Origin: a bacterium
Lineage (GTDB): Bacteria > Zhuqueibacterota > Zhuqueibacteria > Residuimicrobiales > Krinioviventaceae
DNA: 64,000 nucleotides
NCBI GenBank assembly: GCA_963674595.2
Contig: CAXXFV010000015.1
Span: forward strand, 64,001 to 128,000
Direction: 5' to 3'
The position numbers and the translations under genes were made by a program. Of this stretch, positions 32,398 to 42,153 are shown in pieces (position 1 is the first letter of the stretch; each line of letters begins with the position of its first letter). The notes beneath the pieces are model-generated. The model was given only the letters and a program-made list of their open reading frames with translations, searched no databases and was not told where the DNA came from.

Positions 32398-33182
32398 TTC
32401 ATAATCTCCGTAATATTTGCATGTTGTTGGGATTTGGTTGCTTTTAAAAGTTCGAGAGTGAGTGAACCAAACTCGGTTTTGGTTAAAATTTTTACAGGCA
32501 CTTTTAGATCATTATCTGAAAACCATACATATAGTTTTCCCTTTGGTTCATGTTTGTATCCTTCTCTCAAACGCGGGACTAGAAAATAACAGTCATATTT
32601 CCCAGCCGGAACTTTAATATTTTGGTTTTTATATACATGAAAGTTGATCGGAAAGTTCCTTTTATCTGTAAAATTATCAACCGGTACAATTTCTCCGGGA
32701 GCCAATTCCTGTGTTCTTAAATAATAGATAATGGACAAAATATCCTGAGAGAACGAAGGAACTTGCAGTGTGTCTCCGTTTTCAATTGCCAGGCCCTGTT
32801 CAGGTAAAAAAGTTTCTATCCTTTCAGATCGATAGTTACCTTCCTGCTGGTGTTTTTCAAAACGCCAGGGGAAAATTCCATGAATATCGAGCAGTGATTC
32901 GACATGGTCTTCCACTTTGTAAAATTTTGAAAAGAAATTGTTTGAATGGATTTCCATCACAATCCGGTAACATTGTTTGTCATTATATGTTACAATTTCC
33001 GGAATATAAAGGTCGGCTTTTCCGGCTGTAAGCGGTCCAAAACGGACCGAATATTCAAAATGTTCTCCAATACCAAAAATGTTATTTTCGATTTTTCGGT
33101 TGTAAAAGTGGTTTGGCTTTTCAGCTGATTCCAGCGTATCAGATACGCTAAACAGCAAAAGCAAGAGATAAAGTTTTTTCAT
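32394..33182 (-). CDS. DUF3108-like exported protein
   Basis: Signal peptide; GE.F.Y.VRFG...AG; F.S.FYKV.D; QDILS..YYLR; VPAG.Y.C; VW.SD....PVKI. Confidence 0.8.
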   Translation of the reverse strand: MKKLYLLLLLFSVSDTLESAEKPNHFYNRKIENNIFGIGEHFEYSVRFGPLTAGKADLYIPEIVTYNDKQCYRIVMEIHSNNFFSKFYKVEDHVESLLDIHGIFPWRFEKHQQEGNYRSERIETFLPEQGLAIENGDTLQVPSFSQDILSIIYYLRTQELAPGEIVPVDNFTDKRNFPINFHVYKNQNIKVPAGKYDCYFLVPRLREGYKHEPKGKLYVWFSDNDLKVPVKILTKTEFGSLTLELLKATKSQQHANITEIMN

Positions 33183-34228
33183 TATGTCGAGCTTTCAATT
33201 TTTGACACAACCAAATTATATACCTGGTTTACGTCAATAAGCTCCATACAGTTCCCATGTTTACATGAATTTTGATCGCACTTGTGACATACGTCAATAT
33301 TCGGCGGCATAATGACAGAGTTAAATTGATGATAAGGTCCCCATCGTTCCGGCAGACACGGCTGTAACGGACAATATAAACCGATAACCGGAGTATTTAC
33401 GGCAACGGCCAAGTGAAGCGGACCGGTGCTGTTGGCGATAACAAGCGAGGCCATTTTTAAAAGGGCGGCCAGTTCTTTGATGGCCAGTTCGCCGTCTAAT
33501 CTGATGGCGCTGTTATCCGACGCTGCTATGACGGTGTCCACCAGTTGTTTTTCGGATTTTGTTCCTGTAATAACAACATCAAGCTTAAGGTTTGCAGAGA
33601 TTTGTTTGGCTAATTGGCCAAAGTTTTTCAGGGGCCAATCCATCGCAGAACCGCCGGAACCCGGATGAATAACCACAAAGGGTTGTTTATTTTTTTTTTG
33701 CTGTAATAATTGTTTTACTGTTTGTTCGTTTTTATCCGGAATGTGAATTTTAAATAAAACGGGCTCCACATTGGCACCAAGAGCTTGTGCAAAATCAAGG
33801 TTCAGGTCAACTTCGTGGCGTCCGCTTTTTTTGCGGTGTTCATAAATTTTTTGATTAAAAAGGAACGAGTAGAGCCTGTAGGCAGTGCCTATCCTTTTTG
33901 GGATAGAGGCAAGCCGGCATAATAATGATATATAAAATGTAGGATAAAGAATGAGCGCCGTATCAAAATTTTTGTGTTTTAAAAGACGAACATTTTTTAA
34001 AAATGTTTTAAAATCAAAACGATGTTTCGGCGTTTCAAGCACGATAATTTCGTTTACGTCCGGATGTCCGGAAACAATATCTTGTGTATAGGATTTTATT
34101 AAGACTGAAATAAAGGCATTGGGATATTTTTGTTTTAATGCAGAAAAAACCGGAGTAGATAATAAAACATCCCCCATTCTGTCTGTTCGTATAATCAGTA
34201 TTCGATTTGGTTTATTATCAAACTTCAA
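33182..34228 (-). CDS. Glycosyltransferase family 9 (LPS heptosyltransferase-like)
   Basis: RTDRMGDVLL.TP, IHPGSGGS..DW and NSTGPLHLAVA. Confidence 0.92.
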   Translation of the reverse strand: MKFDNKPNRILIIRTDRMGDVLLSTPVFSALKQKYPNAFISVLIKSYTQDIVSGHPDVNEIIVLETPKHRFDFKTFLKNVRLLKHKNFDTALILYPTFYISLLCRLASIPKRIGTAYRLYSFLFNQKIYEHRKKSGRHEVDLNLDFAQALGANVEPVLFKIHIPDKNEQTVKQLLQQKKNKQPFVVIHPGSGGSAMDWPLKNFGQLAKQISANLKLDVVITGTKSEKQLVDTVIAASDNSAIRLDGELAIKELAALLKMASLVIANSTGPLHLAVAVNTPVIGLYCPLQPCLPERWGPYHQFNSVIMPPNIDVCHKCDQNSCKHGNCMELIDVNQVYNLVVSKIESST

Positions 34229-34269
34229 TATTCAAATCCGATATTTTTATCTCTTGATATGGCATATAA

Positions 34270-34911
34270 TCAATTAATTTCCAGAACTGTATTAATTTCC
34301 AGGGCCGAGATGCTTCCCTCACGTACAATTTTGGCAGGTGATTTTGTAATATCAACAACTGTGGAAGGTGTGTTTGAGGGTGCCTTGCCGCCGTCAATAA
34401 TCAGGTCCAATTGGGAACCAAACGACCTAACCACTTCATCTGCGGTCAGGGCTTCTTTTTCTCCGCTTCTGTTGGCGCTGGTTGATACAATTGGAAATCC
34501 ACATGCTTTAAGCAGTGATAGACATATTTGACTGTCCGGAATGCGAATGGCAACAGTTTTAGACTTTCCAAAAGCAAATTCTTTAATTCTGGCAGAGGAT
34601 TCGAAAACAATTGTTAACGGGCCCGGCCAAAAATTATCAAAAAGTCTTTCGGCTGATTCAGGAATTTCTTTTACCAAATCACTGATTTGCATAACATCGG
34701 CCGCAATCAGGATAAGCGCTTTACTGCGGTCACGATGTTTTAATTCATATATTCTGTTAACTGCTTCCGCATCAAAGGCACTGCAGCCGATACCATAAAC
34801 AGTTTCTGTCGGATAACCAACAATGCCGCCTTGCTCCAGAACCCGGGCGGCTTTACCAATTCTTTCAGGTTCGGGATGAATTGGATTGATTTTTAATATA
34901 TTTTTATTCAT
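34270..34911 (-). CDS. tsaC: L-threonylcarbamoyladenylate synthase (TsaC/Sua5/YrdC)
   Basis: PTETVYG, K.R...K.L, WPGPLT, STSANRSG and PSTVVD. Start placed at ATG 34911. Confidence 0.93.
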   Translation of the reverse strand: MNKNILKINPIHPEPERIGKAARVLEQGGIVGYPTETVYGIGCSAFDAEAVNRIYELKHRDRSKALILIAADVMQISDLVKEIPESAERLFDNFWPGPLTIVFESSARIKEFAFGKSKTVAIRIPDSQICLSLLKACGFPIVSTSANRSGEKEALTADEVVRSFGSQLDLIIDGGKAPSNTPSTVVDITKSPAKIVREGSISALEINTVLEIN

Positions 34912-34916
34912 AAATT

Positions 34917-35936
34917 TTAATTTTGTACCTCGTTCTTTAAAATCCCGTAAACCTCTTCCGGCGTTATCTTGATCATACAATCGTGTGTTTTAATAGGACA
35001 ACTGGGCCCGCCATGAATACCGCAGGGGCGGCATTCAAGTTTATGTTCAATAATGACGTGGTTTTCTCCATAAGGATAAAAACCAAATGCTGGTACAGTT
35101 GGTCCAAAAATAGCATACACAGGAATTTTTGCCGCTACCCCCAAATGAAGAGGTGCGCTATCATTGGTAACAATAAATTTGCATTTTTTTAAAAGTGCTG
35201 TTGTTTGTTTTAATGTAAACAAACCCGCTGTATTATAAACATTTTTTTGTGATAAACTTATTTCCTGACATAGTTTTTGGTCTTCAATTCCTCCAATTAA
35301 AAAGATTGAATTATTTTTTGTACTCAATAATTTTATCAGTTTTTGAAAATATTGTTTTGGCCATCTTTTCGTTGCCCATACCGATCCGGGGGCTAATGCA
35401 ATAAAATTTGATCCTGAAACAAATGCTTCCGATAAATATGAATTTATCTGTTTTTCATCGTTATCATTTGTAAAAATTTCGGGTATAAAAGTTTTTTTGT
35501 TTTCGCCTTTATTTTGTAATAATTCAAGATTACGTTCAATTTCATGCAGATTTTTATGATAAATTACTTTATGCGTGTATAGATATGGTGCGGCGCTGGT
35601 ATTAAATCCGATTCGTTGCGGCGCACCGGAAACCCATGCGATCAGTGCACTGCGAAGTGACCGATGCGGTGATATAACCAGGTCATAGTGGTTCTGTTTA
35701 ACGGTTTTAACCAATTTAATAAAGTCATTAATTCCTGATTTTTTGTTCTTTTTGTCATATTGTATGATATTCCGTATAAACGGATTGTTTTCCAAAATAT
35801 CAGCCGAAACCGGTGTAACAATGATATCAATTTTGGCATTTTTATACTGTAAAGCTGTAGCCCGAATTAAAGGTGTTGTTAGAACGACATCACCGATGAA
35901 TGCTGTTTGTATGATAAGAATTTTTTTTTCTGACAT
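34917..35936 (-). CDS. waaF: LPS heptosyltransferase II-like (GT9)
   Basis: QTAFIGDVVLTTP, APGSVWATKRW, NDSAPLH and FGPT. Confidence 0.8.
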   Translation of the reverse strand: MSEKKILIIQTAFIGDVVLTTPLIRATALQYKNAKIDIIVTPVSADILENNPFIRNIIQYDKKNKKSGINDFIKLVKTVKQNHYDLVISPHRSLRSALIAWVSGAPQRIGFNTSAAPYLYTHKVIYHKNLHEIERNLELLQNKGENKKTFIPEIFTNDNDEKQINSYLSEAFVSGSNFIALAPGSVWATKRWPKQYFQKLIKLLSTKNNSIFLIGGIEDQKLCQEISLSQKNVYNTAGLFTLKQTTALLKKCKFIVTNDSAPLHLGVAAKIPVYAIFGPTVPAFGFYPYGENHVIIEHKLECRPCGIHGGPSCPIKTHDCMIKITPEEVYGILKNEVQN

Positions 35937-35973
35937 TTTATCTGTATAATTTTCCGGACGGATCGGGTTTGAA

Positions 35974-36864
35974 TTAATCGTTTTGAGGTTTTGTTTTCCA
36001 TCTTTTATGCATCCAGAACCAGTGGTCCGGCCATTTTGTTACAAATTCTTCCAGAGCCTTGGCGTGCCTTTGGGTGAGTATATGAATATTTTCCGGAGTT
36101 GGTCCGTCCAGGTCTGAATGATCAATTTGTTTCAAGTAAACAGTATGTTTTCCTTTTTCACCTCGTACAACGCAACCAAATATAATCGGCGCTTTTGTTT
36201 TTAATGCAAACATGGCCGGCCCTTGCGCCGTGGAAGACGGCCGTCCTAAAAAGTCAACAAAAATACCTTCACGCCCTGCATCCTGGTCCGCTAAAATTGC
36301 AACGCCTTTATTCGCTCTCAGCGATTTCATAACGCCTCTTAAAGCAATCCCAAGCGTCATTGTTGCAATGCCCTGGCTTGCTCTGTGCAAAGAAATCAGC
36401 CGGTCGACAAGTTTGTTACGTTGTTCCTTGGCAATTGCAACCATCGGAAAACCGAGTTGACTGATGGCCGCAGCCATGAGTTCCCAGTTACCAAAATGAC
36501 CGCTCAAGCATATAACACCATTTTTTTGACTATACGCTTGTTTAATAAGCTCCGGGTTGTCAAATATCACTTTATTTTCCAGATAGTTTTTATCCATATT
36601 TGGAAAACGTATGAACTCTATAATCATTTGTCCAAAATTGAGAAAAGTGGACCTTACAATTTTTTTTATTTCTTTTTCTGTTTTTTCAGGAAAACTGTTT
36701 TGCAGGTTTAATATGGATACTTTTTTGCGTATCGGTATAAAATAATAAAAAAGATAGCCTAAACATTTTCCGTATGCCAAAGCAATTGGAAAGGGTAATA
36801 TTTTTATAAAAGCTGCAAGAGCTTTAACAAGCGCATATTCGATATAATTTTGATATTTTTTCAT
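35974..36864 (-). CDS. Lipid A late acyltransferase (LpxL/HtrB family)
   Basis: GHFGNWE, ILADQ and P..W.W.HKRWK. Confidence 0.92.
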   Translation of the reverse strand: MKKYQNYIEYALVKALAAFIKILPFPIALAYGKCLGYLFYYFIPIRKKVSILNLQNSFPEKTEKEIKKIVRSTFLNFGQMIIEFIRFPNMDKNYLENKVIFDNPELIKQAYSQKNGVICLSGHFGNWELMAAAISQLGFPMVAIAKEQRNKLVDRLISLHRASQGIATMTLGIALRGVMKSLRANKGVAILADQDAGREGIFVDFLGRPSSTAQGPAMFALKTKAPIIFGCVVRGEKGKHTVYLKQIDHSDLDGPTPENIHILTQRHAKALEEFVTKWPDHWFWMHKRWKTKPQND

Positions 36865-36905
36865 CCGGGAATTTAATAAATTGCGAGCAATTTTTCAACA
36901 AGAGT

Positions 36906-37841
36906 TTATTCCGTTTCCGACAATATGTCCCATTCCTGCAGTTTTTGACTGTTTTTTCTTTTTATTTTGAATAAAGAAATTGCCAGTAACAGTATAATAA
37001 ATATCCAGAGATAGTTGTCAAAGTCTGATAACCAATCCCATTTATATGTTTTTTTTGCATAGGCAATCCATTCCTTTTCAAATTTGTCAAAAGAACTACC
37101 GGTTGCGGATATAAAAATATCGTCTATGGACTTGTTGGTTATTATGCCGTTGATAATCGTCTGTATGGCGTCTATATCATAGGTTGTCAGCAGATATTTT
37201 GTTGCTGAATAACTTTGCTGATAGGCAAGGTCAGCTTTTGCTGTGTGAAAATTTAAAACATAGTCAATTTGTTCCAGTGGAATTAATGAGTTTGTAACCA
37301 TGGCTTTGGAAAGGACGGAGCCGCGTTCTCTGTTTGGGTCTCTGGAATAAAAAATTGCCATTCCTTCATCCAGCCATCTGGGGAATTTTTTATAAGCAAT
37401 TTTTTGATAAAGCAAAATATGCCACAGTTCATGAATGACGGAATATTTAAAGGATTGGGACTTGTCCCATCGAGGAGATTTTAAAAATATTGAATTTTCA
37501 AAAGGTTCTGCAAACGCTCCGGTCCAGTTCGGCAATTTGCCCCGGCTAAATTTTCTAAATTCCTGACGGTTTGCGGCAATAAAGACATTGATTGTTTTTC
37601 CTCCTTTAATTTTCAAATCGAATGTAATTTCCTGCCAGGCCGGAATTAATATGTTTAAAGCTTGCTGCGCATATATCGAATCGGTTGTTGCGGAATAAAC
37701 ATGTATGGCATCATGGTAAGCATAGTACTTTTGTTCGGCATATAAAAATTTACCGTGTGACAGGATGTATAGGAGAGAAAGCGATATAATCGCTTTTAGC
37801 ATTGCCTTCCCGTAAGATGTTTTGTTTTGTTGTTTTGTCAA
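36906..37841 (-). CDS. Membrane-anchored peptidase MA-like zinc metallopeptidase
   Basis: HELWH (HExxH), PRWLDEGMA and LAYQQS; N-terminal signal and C-terminal TM. Confidence 0.8.
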   Translation of the reverse strand: MTKQQNKTSYGKAMLKAIISLSLLYILSHGKFLYAEQKYYAYHDAIHVYSATTDSIYAQQALNILIPAWQEITFDLKIKGGKTINVFIAANRQEFRKFSRGKLPNWTGAFAEPFENSIFLKSPRWDKSQSFKYSVIHELWHILLYQKIAYKKFPRWLDEGMAIFYSRDPNRERGSVLSKAMVTNSLIPLEQIDYVLNFHTAKADLAYQQSYSATKYLLTTYDIDAIQTIINGIITNKSIDDIFISATGSSFDKFEKEWIAYAKKTYKWDWLSDFDNYLWIFIILLLAISLFKIKRKNSQKLQEWDILSETE

Positions 37842-38242
37842 TCTGTTGTGTTGTTTTCAGAGGAATCAAAATCTTTTAAATACGTTTTTATAATATCGCT
37901 CATGGCATTTATTTGCAGTTCAATTTTTTCCATAGCACATGCTTTATTTGAATACAGGCAATCAAATCCATCACATTTTGATAATGGCTCTTTACATTGT
38001 TTTTCTTTATGAAACTCTTTATTGGATTTTATATCTTTCAGGATTTCTTCTTTGGAAAAGTCGTCTCTTTTGATCCGTATGCCGAATTCAAGGGTTTTTT
38101 CCCAGATAAAATTTTGAGCTTCAATGATTTCCTGTTCATTCAGCTCGTCCAGCGAATAAACAAACGGTTCATTATCCAATAATAATTGCAGTATTTCTAA
38201 TTTTTTATAAAGATTTAATTTAGGTTTTTTTTGAATTAACAT
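37838..38242 (-). CDS. Hypothetical protein with a 4-Cys cluster
   Basis: CKEPLSKCDGFDCLYSNKAC. Start placed at ATG 38242 to avoid overlapping the upstream gene; stop overlaps the downstream start. Confidence 0.7.
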   Translation of the reverse strand: MLIQKKPKLNLYKKLEILQLLLDNEPFVYSLDELNEQEIIEAQNFIWEKTLEFGIRIKRDDFSKEEILKDIKSNKEFHKEKQCKEPLSKCDGFDCLYSNKACAMEKIELQINAMSDIIKTYLKDFDSSENNTTD

Positions 38243-38255
38243 ACATTTACCGTTT

Positions 38256-38768
38256 TTATGGTATGTGTTCGATAGCCGTGTCAATCAAATCTACCAGGAT
38301 TTTTTTTACGGATTTGGAATCCTGATTTGAATGAAAAGTAAATTTGGCCATTAGTGTCATATTAATGCTTGGTCTGTATAGTATTTTGGGTACGGGGTAA
38401 CTGTTTTCGTCGACGTTAGCAGAGATGATGATTGGTGAGTCAAATTGCTCGTTTATAAACTCTATGCTTTTACGAATGTTTGAAAATGATTCCTTGTCGT
38501 ACCAATCATATATAATTATAAATCCCAGCACTTTTTGTCCGACCAGGTCCCAGGCAAAAGTATGGCCCTGTTCATCTGTTCCAATGCCATATAAAAATAA
38601 TGACAAGTCATCACTTATTGACAAACGTCCAAAAATCACATCCTGGTTTGTCGTTATCGTGTCATTACATACGGCGCCTATAAATTTTTCCCGATTTTGA
38701 AATGATGAACTAATGACGGCAATTTCACCAATTTTTTGTTTTTGTTGTGTTGTTGTTAAATCAATCAT
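38256..38768 (-). CDS. Degenerate small GTPase-like protein (CvnD/MglA-type fold, P-loop lost)
   Basis: FGRLSISDDLSLFLYG...F.WD......LGFIIIYD......SF...P.IISAN follows the CvnD-type pattern (DFGRITIDDDLVLYLFGTPGQ.RF.FMW...LGFIV.VD...AANKQD), but GKT, TPGQ and NKxD are substituted. Confidence 0.7.
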   Translation of the reverse strand: MIDLTTTQQKQKIGEIAVISSSFQNREKFIGAVCNDTITTNQDVIFGRLSISDDLSLFLYGIGTDEQGHTFAWDLVGQKVLGFIIIYDWYDKESFSNIRKSIEFINEQFDSPIIISANVDENSYPVPKILYRPSINMTLMAKFTFHSNQDSKSVKKILVDLIDTAIEHIP

Positions 38769-38779
38769 AAGATGCTTTT

Positions 38780-40009
38780 CTATTGACTCAGTTTTTGCCG
38801 GATTAACAAAAGATCTCCTTTTGACAGAGATACTTTATAAGGTGTTTTTGTTGATAGTTTTTTTTGTGAATTGTCTGCTACCAGTGAACTAAAGTTTTTT
38901 CCATTTGTAAAGTCTGTTGTGTTTTTTTTACGTTTGAAAAAGGAAGCAATACGCGAATATCCGTTTTTGTTCTTTTCATGTTCCTGTTTTACCCAGGTTT
39001 CTATATTTTGGGTTACAGAGTCTTTGGATGGATGGTTTGTATTAACTTTAATCAGATAACCATTATCATATAATTTTTTTATAATTTCTAATGTTTGAAA
39101 ATCATCAACTAAAGAAGATTCTATACCCTGAATGATAGTAAGCGACGATGAAAAAAGTTCATAGATTTTTTTTTCAGTTTTTGAAAGCCCGTTTCGTGTC
39201 GATTGTGCCGACATGAGATAGGTTCGTAAAGGAGGTAGTTGTGTTGTCAACTGCCGCCACTGATGAATGAGCTGGTTGCCTTTAAGCAGAATCTCTTTAT
39301 TGTTATCATGGATCATTCGAATACGGTCTACTTTTTGTAGGTTTACCCAAAAAGTTCCGTCCAGCCAGGTAAGCATTTGTGTAAGAGATTCTTCAGGGGG
39401 ATTGCCTTCAATAAATGCATCGACAACTTGGCCCTTGTCAATAAATATTTGGCCCTCTCTATGTTCACGGGTCATGTAAATAATACCTGATTTACCCCCC
39501 AATTCCAAAGTATGGATCAGATCAACAAGGTTCATTTCTTCCAGGTTGCCGGTAAAGCCCTGTTGCAGGTTTTTACGGCTCTCTTCAATGACTTCCAATT
39601 CCTGAACAATTGATTCAATTCTTGAAACAACCTCTTCCGGATAGTATGGTTTTTGTAAATAGTCATCTATTTCCAGTTCCATACTTTTTAAACGTGCGTT
39701 TAATTCAATTTCACGTGTTGTAATAATTATGGGGATGGATTTGGTTGAAAATGATTCTTTAATTTTTTTAAAGAATTGAAAACCATTGTTTTGTGAAATA
39801 TGCCATTCCACAATAACAAGATTAACAGGGTTGGCGAGACAATAATTGTAGGCTTGTTTTGTATCCTGAAATATTTTTGATTCAAAATGACAATCAACCA
39901 ACAATTTTATTAGCTGGTCGAGTTCGGATGAAGGATTGTCGATAATTACAATTGTTTTTTGTTGATGCTTGTTAATATTCATATTGGTGCCTTGCTTAAA
40001 AAACAACAT
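38780..40009 (-). CDS. Atypical receiver plus DUF4388 (PatA-N-like) protein
   Basis: REC with LVIVEW in place of the phospho-Asp and DYLQKPY; DUF4388 GFTGNLEEMNLVDLIHTLELGGKSG...G.I.I..G.VVDA...W.DG.F. Alternative start at 39982. Confidence 0.85.
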   Translation of the reverse strand: MLFFKQGTNMNINKHQQKTIVIIDNPSSELDQLIKLLVDCHFESKIFQDTKQAYNYCLANPVNLVIVEWHISQNNGFQFFKKIKESFSTKSIPIIITTREIELNARLKSMELEIDDYLQKPYYPEEVVSRIESIVQELEVIEESRKNLQQGFTGNLEEMNLVDLIHTLELGGKSGIIYMTREHREGQIFIDKGQVVDAFIEGNPPEESLTQMLTWLDGTFWVNLQKVDRIRMIHDNNKEILLKGNQLIHQWRQLTTQLPPLRTYLMSAQSTRNGLSKTEKKIYELFSSSLTIIQGIESSLVDDFQTLEIIKKLYDNGYLIKVNTNHPSKDSVTQNIETWVKQEHEKNKNGYSRIASFFKRKKNTTDFTNGKNFSSLVADNSQKKLSTKTPYKVSLSKGDLLLIRQKLSQ

Positions 40010-40018
40010 TATCTGAGA

Positions 40019-41986
40019 TTACAAAGTTGAATGATTTATTGCCTCCTTTAAAACAGGTGTTTTTGGGGGGGTGTAAAATGGCTTAAATAATGAAAAGATT
40101 AACCGTTTTGCTGATTTATATTCCAATGTATTAACAATTTGAAGTGTTGTATTTGGTTTTAATTCCAGCTTTTGTTTGATTTTTTCTTCCGTTATATCAG
40201 TATTACCATGTGTTTGTATAACTATAGTCGAAGGAAGTTTTAATTTGTCATTTAGTACTTTTAACAGGTAATTGTAGTACCTCCAATTGATTTTATTGGT
40301 ATCTACCAGTAATAAATATCCCAAAGAGTTTTTGGAAAAGAATTCCATTAATGGGCCAAATTCTTTTTCCAAAGAAAAACTGATAATGTTTAAAAGTTTG
40401 TTGCTTTTAAATTCTATTGTACCATAATCTATATCAGCGAATTCGGAGTTTTGACTTTTAGAAGTAATGGTTTTGTTTTTCGTTAATACATTTACTAAAT
40501 TTTTTCGGAATACATCTTCTATACTGAGTATTAAAATATTGCCTTTTGCTTTTGCAAATAGGGTCTTTAATTCAGATTCTTTTTTTACAGGATCGTTCTG
40601 TACGTTTTCTTGAAAAACAGGCTCCGGTGAAGGTGTGTTAATAAATGAAGGATGCTCTTCATCGATTTTAAATAACGCATCAGCCGGATGAGCTAAGGGC
40701 ATGTTGTTTTTAACTTGTTTTTCCATGTCCAGTTTTAGTGAACTGTAAGTGAGATCCTGAGGTTCCTCTTCCAAGGTCATTTCATCTGATTCATCCCGTA
40801 TATCATAGAATGGATCATTTTTAAGTGAAAAGAAAGGCCGGTGCTCACCTAATTCCGGTTCAGACTGGTGGATAAAATCCGGTGTGGAAATTTCCTCCTC
40901 TTCTTCCGGCAAGCTAAAATTTTTCGGTGAGTCAAATTTGTTATTATTGGATTCGGAAAAAGCAGATCTGGATTCGTGACTTAATGTTTTTGCCGATTCC
41001 TGCAGCTCTGTTTCTTCCTCTTCAAATCCAAAATTTTTCAGAGTATTTAAAAAGCCTAGTCGATATAGCTTTAAAATTCGTTTTAAAGTTGTTATCTCGT
41101 CATATTTACTTTCGTCAATAATTCGGCCAAGAGCGCGCTGGCCGTTAAACAGCTCGAGAAAGTATTTTAAATCTGTATTTAATTCCTTCTGCGTTATCAG
41201 TTTTTTAAAATTTGATGTTGTTATGACGACTGTTTCCAGAGAAGGGAGCTGTTTTAAAATTTCTTCTCTCTGTTCCATTCTCTTTGCTCCTTCCAATAAA
41301 ATACCCATGTTGCTAATACTTATATTATCGGTTGCATCGATTTCACAAAAGAGCATGGAGAATCTACCTTTTGTCCATGAAAACATTTTATAAACAGCTT
41401 CTTCATTGTCCAAACTGTTACAGGAAGCGTTTATAACATGTCCGTCTTTAAAAAAGACCTGCCCCGATAAATTGTTTTCATTAAAAAGGCTTAACACACC
41501 TGTTTTTTTCTCGATACCAAAAACCTGAATTAAATCGACAAGTGATATGTCTTCAAGTCTTCCAACAAATTTTTTTCGTGCCAGTGTTTTCTCATGGCTC
41601 CTGCGATAAATTCTGGAAATAATCAAATTTACTCTGGAAATTACTTCCTGAACATGCATGGGCTTTACGATAAAGTCTTTGGCGCCAAGTTTTAAGCTTT
41701 TAACACGATTCCATACATCGCTTTGTTGGGTGAGAAAAATAACAGGTATTGTTGATTCATCCATTTCTCTCTGAATGTTTTCCAGCAAACGATAACCATT
41801 GATGCCTGGCCCTGATAATTCGGATAATACCAGATCAAATGCATTTGATTTTATTTTTTCAAATGCATCCGCGTCATTTGTGGATGTGTCCACATTAAAC
41901 TGTGCTTCCTCAAAATTGGACTTGAGAATTTGCAGGTTCTTTGTATCTTTGTCGATAATGAGGATATTTTTTTTACTGCTGTTCAT
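40019..41986 (-). CDS. Atypical receiver, DUF4388, acidic linker and C-terminal degenerate GTPase-like domain
   Basis: REC with DLVLSE; GRLEDISLVDLIQVFGIEKKTG...WTKGRF...LLEGAKRMEQ; acidic Pro-rich linker; C-terminal DIDYGTIEF...LGYLLLVD. Confidence 0.82.
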   Translation of the reverse strand: MNSSKKNILIIDKDTKNLQILKSNFEEAQFNVDTSTNDADAFEKIKSNAFDLVLSELSGPGINGYRLLENIQREMDESTIPVIFLTQQSDVWNRVKSLKLGAKDFIVKPMHVQEVISRVNLIISRIYRRSHEKTLARKKFVGRLEDISLVDLIQVFGIEKKTGVLSLFNENNLSGQVFFKDGHVINASCNSLDNEEAVYKMFSWTKGRFSMLFCEIDATDNISISNMGILLEGAKRMEQREEILKQLPSLETVVITTSNFKKLITQKELNTDLKYFLELFNGQRALGRIIDESKYDEITTLKRILKLYRLGFLNTLKNFGFEEEETELQESAKTLSHESRSAFSESNNNKFDSPKNFSLPEEEEEISTPDFIHQSEPELGEHRPFFSLKNDPFYDIRDESDEMTLEEEPQDLTYSSLKLDMEKQVKNNMPLAHPADALFKIDEEHPSFINTPSPEPVFQENVQNDPVKKESELKTLFAKAKGNILILSIEDVFRKNLVNVLTKNKTITSKSQNSEFADIDYGTIEFKSNKLLNIISFSLEKEFGPLMEFFSKNSLGYLLLVDTNKINWRYYNYLLKVLNDKLKLPSTIVIQTHGNTDITEEKIKQKLELKPNTTLQIVNTLEYKSAKRLIFSLFKPFYTPPKTPVLKEAINHSTL

Positions 41987-42027
41987 GGTATTTTTTAACT
42001 ATTCCGAATTCGGGTAAAAAGAGAAAT

Positions 42028-42047
42028 AATGACAATTTTTTGTCATT
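42028..42047. promoter_or_regulatory. Palindromic operator-like site
   Basis: AATGACAA-TTTT-TTGTCATT, a perfect inverted repeat between the promoter and the ATG at 41986. Confidence 0.55.
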
Positions 42048-42074
42048 TATAGAAAATATTCTATGACGTTAAAA

Positions 42075-42103
42075 AATTTATCCAAAATTACCAATAAAGT
42101 CAA
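42075..42103 (-). promoter_or_regulatory. Sigma70-type promoter of the DUF4388 operon
   Basis: Minus strand TTGACT-N17-TAAATT. Confidence 0.6.
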
Positions 42104-42120
42104 GGTTTTTCTAAGATTAA

Positions 42121-42153
42121 ATAAAAAAGCCGGTTATTAACCGGCTTTTTTAT
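42121..42153 (-). terminator. Intrinsic terminator after the anti-sigma-like gene
   Basis: ATAAAAAAGCCGGTTA-T-TAACCGGCTTTTTTAT, a perfect hairpin with T tracts. Confidence 0.9.
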
